A DNA stretch of 63,882 bases, filler included, from Actinomycetota bacterium (GTDB lineage: Bacteria > Actinomycetota > Acidimicrobiia > IMCC26256 > VFJJ01), in NCBI GenBank assembly GCA_009886115.1. It is 4 parts of 4 records of this genome, joined end to end, with 100 filler letters (N's around TTAATTAATTAA, not from the genome) between each part and the next. Parts side by side here need not be neighbours in the genome. Positions count along the whole stretch, not along the records: positions 1 to 17,661 come from VFJJ01000113.1; positions 17,762 to 43,239 come from VFJJ01000037.1; 2 more parts are not named here. One strand, 5' to 3'. The translations under genes and the position numbers were made by a program. Below the pieces are notes generated by a model, which saw only the letters and a program-made list of their open reading frames with translations, was not told the origin of the DNA and did no database searches. Numbering within the stretch: the stretch's first letter is position 1; every line of letters begins with the position of its first letter. Shown piece after piece: positions 7,809 through 18,218 of this stretch.

Positions 7809-10118
7809 ATGATCGACGCCGTGCTGGCCGGGGTTCGGGTTGTCGACCTGTCGGACGGCATCGCCGGGCCGACTGCGGCGATGGTCCTGGCCGAGGCCGG
7901 GGCCGAGGTCGTGATGGTGGAACCGCCCGGCGGACGGCGGATCCGCTCGGCGCCCGGCTTTCGAACCTGGGGACGCAGCAAGCAGTCGGTGGTCGCCGAT
8001 CTCGCGTCGCCCGAAGGTCGGGCTCGCCTCGAGGATCTGCTCGCCGGAGCCGACGTGCTCGTGCACTCGTACTCGCCCAAGACCGCGATCGCGCTCGGCC
8101 TCGATGACGCTGCGCTCGCTGCCCGTCATCCCGCGCTGATCGTGTCGTCGGTGCTGGGTTGGCCCGCGAATCACGTTTGGGCCGAGCAACCCGTCGACGA
8201 CCTCCTCTCGTTGGCTCGCTTGGGAATCCTCGACGAGCAGCAAGGTCGACGCGCGGGGCCGATATATGTCCGGTTCCCGCTCGGGAGCTGGGGCGCGGTC
8301 TGGCTCGCTGCCATCGGGATCGTCGCCCGCCTGGTGGCTCGGGGGCGTACGGGCACGGCCGGTCCGGCCCATACCAGCCTGGTACAGGGCGCCTTGATCC
8401 CCATGATGATGCACTGGTCGCGGGCCGAAACGCCGTCAGAAGCGCTCCGGATCGGCATGCCCAAGGACCGCATGAACGCCACCCTGTTCGAGTGCAGCGA
8501 CGGCGTGTGGATCCACATCATGCCGCCGTGTCCCGACGACCTCCCGCTGATGCGTGAGGTGTTCGCCGAGATGGGTGAGGAGGTCATGGCCGAGGCCAAC
8601 CTCACGCACGGCAGTGGCTTGCCGATGTTCCCGAACTGGGGAGCGAACCTGGAAGCGTTCCTGCGCCGGCCGGCACGGGCGTGGCTCGAGAACATGTGGG
8701 CCAACGACCACCCGGTGCAGCAGGTGCTGCCCCTCGGTGAGATCCTCCGGGACGAGCAGGCCCTGGCGAACCGGTACGTCGTCGAGCTCGACGACCCCGA
8801 GGCCGGGCGCATCACCGTGCCTGGCGTGGCGATGACGCTCGACCCGCCGGCCCGGATCCTCCATGCGGCACCTGCGCTCGGCGAGCACCAGGAGACAGCG
8901 GGTTCGAGTTGGGCTCCGCGCGCTGCGGCCGACGTACGTGCTCAGGCGTTCAGCGATCGCGGTGGCGCGTCGCGACGTTGGCCCCTCGAGGGGCTCAGGG
9001 TGCTCGACTTCGGGAACTACCTCGCTGGCCCCCTGGGGCCCATGCTCCTCGCCGATCTCGGAGCCGATGTGGTGAAGGTCGAGGCCACGACCGGCGATCC
9101 CATGCGCTGGCCCGACTGGCCCTTCGCCGGGTGCCAACGGGGCAAGCGCACGGTGGCGCTCGATCTCAAGTCGCCAGCGTCGCGGCCGGCGCTCGAGGCG
9201 CTCTTGCGCTGGGCCGACGTCGTGCACCACAACCTGCGCATGCCCGCGGCGAAGCGCATCGGGCTCGATGCCGACTCGGTCCGCACGGTCAATCCCGACG
9301 TGGTGTTCTGCCACACGAGCTCGTACGGGCCAGCCGGCCCCCGAGCCGACTGGCCCGGGTACGACCAGCTCTTCCAAGCCTCGATCGGCTGGGAGCTGCT
9401 CGGTGCCGGCGAAGGAAACCCGCCCATGTGGCACCGGTTCGGCTTCATGGATCATCAGTGCGCCATGTCGTCGACGGTTGCGACGTTGCTCGCCGTCTTC
9501 GAGCGCGACCGGACGGGACGAGCCTCGAGCGTCGCCAGCTCACTGCTCGGCGCCGGCGTGCTCACCACGAGCGAGACCTATCTGCAGCCCGACGGCACCC
9601 TGGCGCCGGTCTCGACGCTCGACCGGGAGCAGATGGCGATGACGCCAGGCTGCCGGTTGTTGCGATGCTCGGACGGGTGGGTGGCCATGGCGGCGCACCT
9701 CGACGACGAGATCACGGCTGCGTGCGCGGCCCTGGGCTGCCGGAAGCCCGAGGACCTGCCGGGCGCGGCGGCCGGGTTGAGGCAGGTCGACGTCGTGGAG
9801 CGCCTCGCCGATGCCGGCGTGCCGGTTGAGGCCGTCCGGCTGGATCAGAAGAGCTCGTTCTTCGACGACCCCGCCAACGTCAAGGCAGGCATGGTCGCCA
9901 GCTACGACCACGTCGACTGGGGGAGGTTCGAGCAGCCGGGAGCCATGTGGTACTTCGGCGATCTCGACACCCGGTTCGAACACGCCCCGCCCGTCCTCGG
10001 CCAGCACACCGTCGAGATCCTGCTCGAGGTCGGGCTCGACCGAGCCGCGATCGACACGCTCATCGAGATGGGCGCGGCCAAGGTGGCCGAGCCCGTCCTG
10101 AAGCCGCTACCCGCCTGA
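7809..10118 (+). CDS. Class III CoA-transferase (CaiB/BaiF), tandem double domain
   Basis: Two N-terminal-type motifs (LAGVRVVDLS..IAGP and LEGLRVLDFG.YLAGP); PGYDQLFQA catalytic Asp motif in the second domain. Confidence 0.92.
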   Translation: MIDAVLAGVRVVDLSDGIAGPTAAMVLAEAGAEVVMVEPPGGRRIRSAPGFRTWGRSKQSVVADLASPEGRARLEDLLAGADVLVHSYSPKTAIALGLDDAALAARHPALIVSSVLGWPANHVWAEQPVDDLLSLARLGILDEQQGRRAGPIYVRFPLGSWGAVWLAAIGIVARLVARGRTGTAGPAHTSLVQGALIPMMMHWSRAETPSEALRIGMPKDRMNATLFECSDGVWIHIMPPCPDDLPLMREVFAEMGEEVMAEANLTHGSGLPMFPNWGANLEAFLRRPARAWLENMWANDHPVQQVLPLGEILRDEQALANRYVVELDDPEAGRITVPGVAMTLDPPARILHAAPALGEHQETAGSSWAPRAAADVRAQAFSDRGGASRRWPLEGLRVLDFGNYLAGPLGPMLLADLGADVVKVEATTGDPMRWPDWPFAGCQRGKRTVALDLKSPASRPALEALLRWADVVHHNLRMPAAKRIGLDADSVRTVNPDVVFCHTSSYGPAGPRADWPGYDQLFQASIGWELLGAGEGNPPMWHRFGFMDHQCAMSSTVATLLAVFERDRTGRASSVASSLLGAGVLTTSETYLQPDGTLAPVSTLDREQMAMTPGCRLLRCSDGWVAMAAHLDDEITAACAALGCRKPEDLPGAAAGLRQVDVVERLADAGVPVEAVRLDQKSSFFDDPANVKAGMVASYDHVDWGRFEQPGAMWYFGDLDTRFEHAPPVLGQHTVEILLEVGLDRAAIDTLIEMGAAKVAEPVLKPLPA

Positions 10119-10153
10119 CGTTCAAGGCACGTCTGGAGGGCGAGGCCACGCCG

Positions 10154-10999
10154 ATGTTCGATCTCGCAGGCAAGGGTGTCGTCGTCACCGGCGGCGGACG
10201 GGGTCTCGGGCGGGGGATCGCCGCCGCCATGGGCATGGCCGGCGCCGATGTCGTGATCGCCGGTCGCACCGAGGCGACGCTCGACGCGGTGGCTGACGAG
10301 GTCCGGACCCACGGTGTTCGATGCACGCCGGTCGTGGCCGATGTCACCCGCCGCGACGACCTCGACCGGCTCGTGCAGACGGCACTCGACGAGCTCGGCG
10401 CGATCGACTGCTGGGTGAACAACGCCGGCAGTGCCGACCCGTCCGATGTGGGACCCCTGATCGACACGACCGAGGCCCACTGGGACGCCGTCGTCGACCT
10501 GAACCTGAAGTGGACCTTCTTCGCCGCACAGGCCGCAGCGCGGACGATGATCGCCCGTGGCCACCCGGGCTCGATCATCAACATCTCATCGAGGAGCGGA
10601 TCACAGCCCAACCCGATGACGGGCCAGTACGGCGCGGCCAAGGCGGGCGTCGAGAACCTGACCGCCACCATGGCGGTGGAGTGGGGACATCACGGCATCC
10701 GGGTCAATGCCGTGGCTCCGGGCGTCGTGCCCACCGAGCACAGCCTGGCCCCCGGCGGCTCGATGAGTCGCCCGAGTCGGCTCGCTCGTCAGGTTGCCAC
10801 CGTGCCCTTGCGCCGGCTGGGAACCCCGTTCGACGTCGGTGCGCTGTGCGTGTTCCTGGCCTCGGACGAGGCGGCGTGGATCACCGGCGAGACGATCCAG
10901 ATCACCGGGGGGAGTCGGGTACCCGTGGGGTACCTCACGTTCATGCACCACATCACCGAGCAGCTCGAACGCGAGGGCCCCGACGCCGCGGGCGGCTGA
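10154..10999 (+). CDS. SDR family oxidoreductase
   Basis: TGGGRGLG, NNAG, YGAAK, IRVNAVAPG. Confidence 0.93.
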   Translation: MFDLAGKGVVVTGGGRGLGRGIAAAMGMAGADVVIAGRTEATLDAVADEVRTHGVRCTPVVADVTRRDDLDRLVQTALDELGAIDCWVNNAGSADPSDVGPLIDTTEAHWDAVVDLNLKWTFFAAQAAARTMIARGHPGSIINISSRSGSQPNPMTGQYGAAKAGVENLTATMAVEWGHHGIRVNAVAPGVVPTEHSLAPGGSMSRPSRLARQVATVPLRRLGTPFDVGALCVFLASDEAAWITGETIQITGGSRVPVGYLTFMHHITEQLEREGPDAAGG

Positions 11000-11084
11000 G
11001 TCGGCCCCGGTCGAGCGGCGCAGCGAGGCGATAGGGTCCGAGCCCGGTGTCCGGTGCCGATCGGACGGGATCTCGAGGTGGCTC

Positions 11085-11825
11085 ATGAAGTTGGCCGAGC
11101 GGGTGGCGATCGTGACCGGCGCCGGTTCCGGTCTGGGTCGGATGTACGCCGAGACCCTGCTCGCCGAGGGAGCGCTGGTCTCGATCTCCGACATCGACGG
11201 TCGGCTGGCGCGCGAGACCGCGGCCGAGCTCACCCGGACCGGCCCCCCGGGAAGCCGAGCGATCGGCTTCGAGGTCGACGTGGCGTCCGACGACCAGATC
11301 GAGCAGATGGTCGAAGCGACCGTCTCCGAGCTCGGCGGCGTCGACATCCTCGTGAACAACGCCGGGCTGGCCCGGGGACGCTGGGGCCTCACGACCGAGC
11401 TCACGACTGCGGAGTGGCACCAGATCCTGGCGGTCAACGTGGTCGGGATGGTGAGCTGCGCCCGGGCCGTCAGGCCGCACTTCCAGGCCCGGGGCGGCGG
11501 CGTGATCGTCAACCAGTCGTCGATGGGCGCGTACATGTTCTCGGGTGCCTACGGGGTGTCGAAGCTGGCGGTCAACGGGCTCACGGGCGCCATGGCCGAG
11601 GAGCTGGCGTCCGACAACATCCGTGTGAACGGCATCGCCCCCGGGATGATGAGCCAGCGCCTCCCCGATGAGCTCGTCGCCTCGGTCCTGGCGAAGCAGT
11701 TGATAGCCCGGCGGGGCCGCCCGGAAGACCTCAGCGGCGTGCTCGTGTTCCTCTGCTCCGACGACTCCGCGTTCATGACGGGCCAGACCCTGCTGGTCGA
11801 CGGCGGATCGATCCGACTGCCCTGA
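11085..11825 (+). CDS. SDR family oxidoreductase
   Basis: TGAGSGLG, NNAG, YGVSK, IRVNGIAPG, VDGG. Confidence 0.93.
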   Translation: MKLAERVAIVTGAGSGLGRMYAETLLAEGALVSISDIDGRLARETAAELTRTGPPGSRAIGFEVDVASDDQIEQMVEATVSELGGVDILVNNAGLARGRWGLTTELTTAEWHQILAVNVVGMVSCARAVRPHFQARGGGVIVNQSSMGAYMFSGAYGVSKLAVNGLTGAMAEELASDNIRVNGIAPGMMSQRLPDELVASVLAKQLIARRGRPEDLSGVLVFLCSDDSAFMTGQTLLVDGGSIRLP

Positions 11826-11888
11826 GCCAGCTCGACTGCCTGATCCGGGTCGACGATCGTGGCGGCGCTCGACGGCGCAGGTCGGGTT

Positions 11889-12737
11889 TCACCAGCCCCA
11901 GTAGTCGCCACCGAAACGACGATCGCGCTCTCGGATGGCGGCCTTCATGCCGTTGGCCCGTGACTCGGCGTGGAAGTCGAACTCGTCGGGTTCGCGTTGC
12001 ATGCGCACGACCATGGGGTGCGCCGTGTAATGGGGGGTGAACGCGGCGCCGATCCCGAGCATGTCGAAGCTGAGGTGGGCGACCGTACGGCTGATGGCGA
12101 TCCCGTCACGCGGGAGCGATGCCAGCGCCGCCACGAGCTCGTCGGTCGCGCGGTCGAGATCGGCCCGAGGTACCACCCGGTTGATCAGGTTCAACCGTTC
12201 GGCTTCTACCGCGGTGACCTTGCGCCCGGTCATGACGAGCTCGGTGGCCTTCTTCACGCCGCACTGCGAGACGAGGAACGGGAACAGCCAACTCGTGCCA
12301 CTCGAGCCGAAGCGCTCCTCGGGCAGGCCGAACACGGCATCATCGGCGGCCACGGCCATGCTGCACACGAGCACGAGGTACATCCCGGCGCCGATGCAGT
12401 TCGAGTGCACCTTGGCCACGATGGGCTTCCCCGAGTACAACAGGTCGCGCATGAGCTCGGCCCGCACCCGGAGCTTGCGGATGGCGAAGCGCGTGCCCTT
12501 GGTCTCGGCGCCGCCGTAGAAGTCGTCGGGGTTCGACATGTCGAACCCGGCGCTGAACGACGCCCCGTTCCCTTCGAGCACGATGACCTTCACGGCATCG
12601 TCGGCGTCGGCCTGTCGAACCAACCGGGCGATCTGTTCGAGCATCGAATCCGTGAGCGCGTTGTGCTGCTTCGGTCGATTCAGCAGGATGCGGGCGACGG
12701 GGCCCGCCGTCGAGTACTCGACACTGTCGTCTGACAT
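11889..12737 (-). CDS. Enoyl-CoA hydratase/isomerase
   Basis: LNRPKQHNAL, FSAGFD, FGLPEERFG, ELVMTGR; GAGGA RBS. Confidence 0.92.
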   Translation of the reverse strand: MSDDSVEYSTAGPVARILLNRPKQHNALTDSMLEQIARLVRQADADDAVKVIVLEGNGASFSAGFDMSNPDDFYGGAETKGTRFAIRKLRVRAELMRDLLYSGKPIVAKVHSNCIGAGMYLVLVCSMAVAADDAVFGLPEERFGSSGTSWLFPFLVSQCGVKKATELVMTGRKVTAVEAERLNLINRVVPRADLDRATDELVAALASLPRDGIAISRTVAHLSFDMLGIGAAFTPHYTAHPMVVRMQREPDEFDFHAESRANGMKAAIRERDRRFGGDYWGW

Positions 12738-12766
12738 CGAGAGATCCTCCTCAGTCGTGCGGGTCG

Positions 12767-13927
12767 TCACGATGGCGCTCCCAGCCCCGCTCCCAGCCCC
12801 GCCTCCTTGGCCTCCTTGGCCCGGAAGTGCGGGATGACGTACTCGCCGAACTGGCGGATGGTCTCCATCATCACGTCCTGGGGGATGGTCCCCATCTGGA
12901 TCATGCACATGATCTCGTCGGCCCCGGCCCGCTCCAGCTCCTCGACGTAGCGGATGGCGTCGTCGCGGTTTCCGTAGGCGTGCTCGATGTTGAACGTGCT
13001 GGTGGCGTTGGGGCTCAAGGGGATCTGCATCTCGCTGATGCGCGCGATCACGTCGCCCTTGGCCTTGGCGATCATCGCCGTGGTGTCTTCGTCCTCGCTC
13101 CCGGGGTCGGGCGCAGGAGTGTGCAGGTTCCAGTGCATGATGGCCTCGGCGAAGAACCGCTGAGCCCGAGAACCGATCTTGAACGCCCGGTCGCGATCGT
13201 CGAGCACCACGGCCGGGCACAGCGCCGAGAAGTGGTTGTTGGCGTGATCGGAGACGAAGCGCTCACCCGAGCGGCTGGCGATGGCGTCGTCGTAGATCGT
13301 GCGCATCTCCCGGATCTCGCCGGCTCCGGCGAAGCCCAGCACCAGAGCGCCGACGCCGAGCTCGGCCGCCAGGCGCACGGTGTCCATCTTCGTGCAGGCC
13401 ATGAACAACGGGGGATGGGGATCCTGCACGGGACGGGGCAGGATCGGGTGCGGCGCCACGTCGAGGAGCCCGTGCCACTCGAACTCGTCGGTCCGCCAGC
13501 AACTCGAGATCATCCGGAGCGCTTCCTCCATCTGCGCGTAGGTGTTCTCGGGCTCCACCCCGAACGCCGACATCTCCTGGAGCGTCGCACCTCTTCCAGC
13601 GCCGACGTCGAGACGGCCACCCGAGAGGATGTCGAGCATGGCGATGCGCTCGGCGGCCCGGAGCGGGTGGTTGTAGTTGAACGGCATGCACACGACACCG
13701 TGGCCGATGCGGATCGTCGACGTCCGGGCGGCCACCCAGGTCAGGAAGATCTCGGGGGCCGACATGTGGGCGTACCACTTCAGGCAGTGGTGCTCGACGG
13801 CCCAGACCCGGTCGAACCCCATCTCCTCGGCGTACACGGCCTGCTCAACGCAGTTGCGGATGCACTCGTGCTCGTTCTCACGAGTCGGGAATGCCATCTG
13901 GGCCTCGAAGATCATCGAGAACTTCAC
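12767..13927 (-). CDS. LLM class (luciferase-like) flavin-dependent oxidoreductase
   Basis: WAVEHH, SAPEIFL, AERIAMLDILSGGR, PRPVQDPHPPL. Confidence 0.93.
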   Translation of the reverse strand: MKFSMIFEAQMAFPTRENEHECIRNCVEQAVYAEEMGFDRVWAVEHHCLKWYAHMSAPEIFLTWVAARTSTIRIGHGVVCMPFNYNHPLRAAERIAMLDILSGGRLDVGAGRGATLQEMSAFGVEPENTYAQMEEALRMISSCWRTDEFEWHGLLDVAPHPILPRPVQDPHPPLFMACTKMDTVRLAAELGVGALVLGFAGAGEIREMRTIYDDAIASRSGERFVSDHANNHFSALCPAVVLDDRDRAFKIGSRAQRFFAEAIMHWNLHTPAPDPGSEDEDTTAMIAKAKGDVIARISEMQIPLSPNATSTFNIEHAYGNRDDAIRYVEELERAGADEIMCMIQMGTIPQDVMMETIRQFGEYVIPHFRAKEAKEAGLGAGLGAPS

Positions 13928-14844
13928 GGGGTGCGCCCTTCGGTCGGGGTCGGACGCTGCGCCGCCACGGGGTCGGAGCCTCCTGGGAGGCCGAGCATGC
14001 TGGCTACGTCAGCCAGGAATTCGATGTGGTCGTCGATCGAGGAGTGCCCCATGCCCATGGTGACGATCGATGCGTGGGTGCCGCCGACCTCGCCCCAGGC
14101 CCGGATGCGGTCGGCGGCCTCCGACGGCGACCGCGCCCCGAAGACGGCGTACTCGCCGCCGAACTCCCCGACCTCGCGGTTCTGGGCGCTCACGAGGTCG
14201 CGGAGCCGATCCCACGTCTCGTGCACGTTGGTCGACCGGCCGCCGAAGATGAAGCCGTCTCCGAGCCGGGCCGCTCGATCGAGCGCGGCGCTGCTCGAAC
14301 CACCCAGCCAGATGGGGACGGGCCGGCTCGGGTGCGGAAGCGTGCCGGCCCGGTCGACGCGGTCGAATCGTCCGGTGAAGTCGACGACGGGCTCGGTCCA
14401 CAGCCGCCGGAGCAGCCCGATCTGCTCTTCCTCGCGAGCGCCGCGGGTGCGGAAGTCCTGGCCGAGCGACTGGTACTCGACGTGGTTCCAGCCCACGCCC
14501 ACACCGAGACGGAAACGACCCCCCGAGAGGAGGTCGAGGTCGGCAACCTGACGCGCGACAAGCGCCGTCTGACGCTGCGGGAGGACGATCACGCCACTGA
14601 CAAAGCCGATCCGCTCGGTGCGCCCGGCCAGGTAGGCGAACATCACGAACGGATCGTGAAACGGATCGTGCTCTGTGTACGGACCGGTCAGGGTCGGGGT
14701 GCGGTGCGCGTGCTCGGCACCGAGCACGTGGTCGTAGGCGAGGAGGTGGTCGAAGCCCAGCTCCTCGGTCGCACGCCCGATCCGGCGGACCGCATCCGGG
14801 TCGCCGCCGAGCTCGATCTGGGGGTACACGACGCCGATCTGCAT
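13924..14844 (-). CDS. LLM class, probably F420-dependent, oxidoreductase
   Basis: YDHVLG, HDPFV, LPQRQTALVARQ, GVGWNHVEY, PIWLGG. Confidence 0.9.
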   Translation of the reverse strand: MQIGVVYPQIELGGDPDAVRRIGRATEELGFDHLLAYDHVLGAEHAHRTPTLTGPYTEHDPFHDPFVMFAYLAGRTERIGFVSGVIVLPQRQTALVARQVADLDLLSGGRFRLGVGVGWNHVEYQSLGQDFRTRGAREEEQIGLLRRLWTEPVVDFTGRFDRVDRAGTLPHPSRPVPIWLGGSSSAALDRAARLGDGFIFGGRSTNVHETWDRLRDLVSAQNREVGEFGGEYAVFGARSPSEAADRIRAWGEVGGTHASIVTMGMGHSSIDDHIEFLADVASMLGLPGGSDPVAAQRPTPTEGRTP

Positions 14845-14936
14845 TGCGCATGATCGCACCACGCGAGTCACGGGGACGATCCGGCGGAACGGTACTGGGT
14901 CTTGGGCGTCGGGTACTCGCTATCGGGTCCTGGCTA

Positions 14937-15875
14937 TCACGCGGTCCGCTTCGATGCCCGTCGAGCCCGGGCCACGCGGCGGGCATGCGCCGGGGCGCCG
15001 CCGAGCTCGGAGTGCAGTGCCAGCAGTCGGGTCGTGTAGGCCACCAGGCCGTACTCGGTCGTGATGCCGATCGCCCCGGTGACCTGATGGGTGTTGTCGT
15101 ACGTCTCGCGTGCGGTGAGACAGGCGAAGGTGGCCGCCGACGCGGTCACGAACTCGTCGGCGTTGTGCCAGGCGCCGCGCCGGGCCAGCCATCGGGATGC
15201 CTGGGCCATGCCGTACGAGCGGGCCAACCGGTGTTGCACGGCCTGGAACGACCCGATGGGCCGGTCGAACTGGTGACGGTCGGAGACGTGACGGGCGCTG
15301 AGGGCCACCGCGGCCGAGGCCATGGCGGCGATCTCGGCGGCGATGGCGACCTGCCACGCTCGACGGAGCGCGTCGCCGCTGCCGTGAGCCAACGGCTCCG
15401 ATCGCCTGATCCGCACCCGCCCCATGGGGTAGGCCGTACGCGACCGCACGGGCTCGACCTCGACGTCGTCTCGTCCGGCCAGCCGAGCGACGCCGTCACC
15501 GACGTGATCGCCGCCTCCATCGAGAACGAGATACGCGTCGCAAGAACCCGCATAACGCACGAGGCCGTTCGCTGAGCCGACGAGCCCCACCAGCGGCGGC
15601 AGGTCGCGGATACCGGCGAGCGGAGCGACGAGCGCCCGGGCGATCACCGGCGCATGGACCACCGCTTCGGCGGCGCGCTCCGTGAAGAGCACGGCCTCGA
15701 TGGGACCGGCGTCGTAACCGATGTCGAGATACCCGGCTGCGTGGAGCTTGTCGACGAGTGGCGCGTCGATCTCGGACCCGAGCTGGCGAGCGCGAGCCGG
15801 GCCGGCGTGATCGGCGAAGAAGCTGCGGAGCGTGCTCTCGAGCAGCTCCTGGTCGGCGCTGAGCTCGACGTCCAT
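14937..15875 (-). CDS. Short acyl-CoA dehydrogenase (beta-type subunit of an alpha2beta2 ACAD)
   Basis: RHQFDRPIGSFQAVQHRLA, HQVTGAIGITTE; 312 aa, directly downstream of a long ACAD. Confidence 0.9.
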   Translation of the reverse strand: MDVELSADQELLESTLRSFFADHAGPARARQLGSEIDAPLVDKLHAAGYLDIGYDAGPIEAVLFTERAAEAVVHAPVIARALVAPLAGIRDLPPLVGLVGSANGLVRYAGSCDAYLVLDGGGDHVGDGVARLAGRDDVEVEPVRSRTAYPMGRVRIRRSEPLAHGSGDALRRAWQVAIAAEIAAMASAAVALSARHVSDRHQFDRPIGSFQAVQHRLARSYGMAQASRWLARRGAWHNADEFVTASAATFACLTARETYDNTHQVTGAIGITTEYGLVAYTTRLLALHSELGGAPAHARRVARARRASKRTA

Positions 15876-15876
15876 G

Positions 15877-17028
15877 TCAGCGGCTCCGGGGGAGGTCGAG
15901 GCTGAGCTTGGCGATCAGGTCGAGCTGCACCTCGTAGGCCCCGGCGGCGATCATGCTCGTGGTGCCCGTCACGACCTGCCGGTCGGCTTCGGTGCCCGAT
16001 GCCAGTGCCTGGTCGCCCAGGATCTCCAAGCAGGCCCATTCGACCTCGCGTTCCATCGGACCGGTGATCGAACGCGAGACCGAGGCGAGCGGGCGGGCTC
16101 CCAGGGGATCGCGGATGCGCTCGCCCACGGCGGCGTAGTTCATGGAACGGGCCGCTTCGCACCATGCGTAGGCGGAACCGATCGTCTCGGCCAGGGCCGG
16201 ATCGTCGACGTCGAGGCCGAGCCCCACGCCGTCGGCCACGGTCTGATCGAGCACCATCTCGGCGTGCTCGTGACGGGCGATCCCCACCCGTTCGTTGGCC
16301 AGCACGCTGCGGACGATGTCCCAGCCGCGGTTCTCGTCGCCCAGCCGACACGACACCGGCACGACCACGTCGGCGAACCAGATCTCGTGGATGAGATGGC
16401 GCGCATAGGGATTGGCGATCTCCCTGACCTCCACTCCAGGTGTGTCCATCGGCACGAGCAGGATCGTGATGCCTTCCCGTTTGGGTACCTCGGTGTTGGT
16501 GCGCACGAGCAGGAAGCACCAGTCGGCGGCGTGGGCGTACGACGTCCAGATCTTCTGGCCGTTGACGACGTACGAGTCGCCGTCGCGCACGGCGCGGCAC
16601 TGCAGCGACGCCAGGTCGGAACCGGCGCCGGGCTCGGAGAAACCCTGACACCAGTTGACCTCGCCCCGCGAGATGGGCGGCAGGTGCTGGCTCTTCTGAT
16701 CGTCGGTGCCGAAAGCCATGAGTGCCGGACCGATCCAGTTCGTGTTCATGTACTGGCCGCCTCGGGGCTCTCCGGCCGCCCACGTCTCCTCGCTGACGAT
16801 GAGCTGCTCCCACGGCGAGGCTTCACGGCCACCGAACTCGATCGGCCAGTGCGGGGTGAGGAACCCGGCGTCGCCGAGCGCAGCGCAGAACGCCTTCACC
16901 GCCTCGATGTCGCGGGGCTCGGGCATGTCCCGGTTGTCGAGGGTCCATCCCGGGCGCATGTTCAGCGCGATGCACGTTCGCAGAGCAGCCCGGAAGGCAG
17001 CTTCCTCGTCGGTCCAGTCCAGGTTCAC
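15877..17028 (-). CDS. Acyl-CoA dehydrogenase (alpha-type subunit)
   Basis: WCQGFSEPGAGSDLASL, NGQKIWTS, LANERVG, IAAGAYEVQ; GTG start. Confidence 0.93.
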   Translation of the reverse strand: MNLDWTDEEAAFRAALRTCIALNMRPGWTLDNRDMPEPRDIEAVKAFCAALGDAGFLTPHWPIEFGGREASPWEQLIVSEETWAAGEPRGGQYMNTNWIGPALMAFGTDDQKSQHLPPISRGEVNWCQGFSEPGAGSDLASLQCRAVRDGDSYVVNGQKIWTSYAHAADWCFLLVRTNTEVPKREGITILLVPMDTPGVEVREIANPYARHLIHEIWFADVVVPVSCRLGDENRGWDIVRSVLANERVGIARHEHAEMVLDQTVADGVGLGLDVDDPALAETIGSAYAWCEAARSMNYAAVGERIRDPLGARPLASVSRSITGPMEREVEWACLEILGDQALASGTEADRQVVTGTTSMIAAGAYEVQLDLIAKLSLDLPRSR

Positions 17029-17188
17029 GTCGACCCCTTGCTCGCTCCGAAGTGCTCGTCGGCCCCCGGTGATTGTGCCGGGGTGATTGTGCCGGAACGG
17101 GCTCACCGGTGTCGGGCGCGCTCGATACGTGGGGCCGACGCTGCGCTCGGGTCGTTGCCGTGTCGGCACTGGAGGTCGTCATGATTCC

Positions 17189-17661
17189 GTCTCGTCGCCC
17201 CGCCCCGCCCCAACGCCGCACCCGTCGCGCCGTGTTGACCCAGGACCACCGCGACGTGGAGGAGCTCTTCTCATGGAGAGCGTCCGTGTCGGCGTCGACG
17301 GGCTCGACCGCCGGGCGGATCAGCGCACCATGGCGCGTACACGCTTGAGCGTCGAACCGACCTTGTCGGCTGCGGCATCGAGTGGCGCCATGAGCGAGGC
17401 CGCAACGTTGCCGGGCGGCGTATCGGAGCTGCGGGGGTGCGGACGGCTGGGTGCACCCTTTTTTGCTCGAACCAGGAGCGCGCCCAGGTCTTCGAGCTCG
17501 CTACGCGTCATGCCGGCCCGAACCTTCGGGAAGAGGTCATGCTCTTCTTCCTTGGCGTGGTGACGGACGCTCTCCATGAGAAGAGCTCCTCCACGTCGCG
17601 GTGGTCCTGGGTCAACACGGCGCGACGGGTGCGGCGTTGGGGCGGGGCGGGGCGACGAGAC
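17189..17661. repeat. Perfect 99-bp inverted repeat (17189-17287 / 17563-17661) ending exactly at the contig end
   Basis: 17563-17661 is the exact reverse complement of 17189-17287. Confidence 0.95.
17320..17618 (-). pseudogene. Hemerythrin (HHE) domain gene remnant with internal deletion and frameshift
   Basis: N-terminal VLTQDHRDVEELF joined out of frame at ~17579 to C-terminal MESVRHHAKEEEHDLFP...APSRPHP. Confidence 0.7.
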
Positions 17662-17761
17662 NNNNNNNNNNNNNNNNNNNNNNNNNNNNNNNNNNNNNNN
17701 NNNNNTTAATTAATTAANNNNNNNNNNNNNNNNNNNNNNNNNNNNNNNNNNNNNNNNNNNN
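17662..17761. other. Artificial contig spacer (N44-TTAATTAATTAA-N44)
   Basis: N runs flank a six-frame stop linker. Confidence 0.99.
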
Positions 17762-18193
17762 GGCGAAGCGGATCGACCACCGCGGCGAGCCGTAGGTGGT
17801 GATGCCCACGATGCGGCGCACCTTCCCCAAGCCCCGCTTGACCTTGTGCGTGCTGGGATCGAGCACGAACCCCACCCCGGGGACGAGCACCCGCTCCAAC
17901 CATCCCTTGAGGATCGCCGGGAGCCCGAACCACCACGTGGGGTACACGAACACGAGCATCTGCGCTGCCTTGACGAGCTCGACGTGACGGGCGACCTGCG
18001 CGTCGAGAACGGGAGCGTCGGTCTCGTAGGCCCGTCGCTCGTCGGTGCTCATCCGGGCCTCGAACCCCTCCTCGTAGAGGCTGATGCCGGTGACCGAGTG
18101 CCCGGCGCTCTCGAGCGCCCGGACCGCGGTCCGGTACAGGGCGGCCGAGTAGCTGTCGGCGCTGGGGTGCGCGTGCACGACGAGCACGTTCAT
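17762..18193 (-). CDS. Flavodoxin-like NAD(P)H-dependent oxidoreductase (Flavodoxin_2), 3' truncated by the gap
   Basis: MNVLVVHAHP..DSYS, VFVYPTWWFGLPAILKGWLERV. Confidence 0.92.
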
Positions 18194-18218
18194 CGCTGGG
18201 GATGGTACGACCTGGGCC

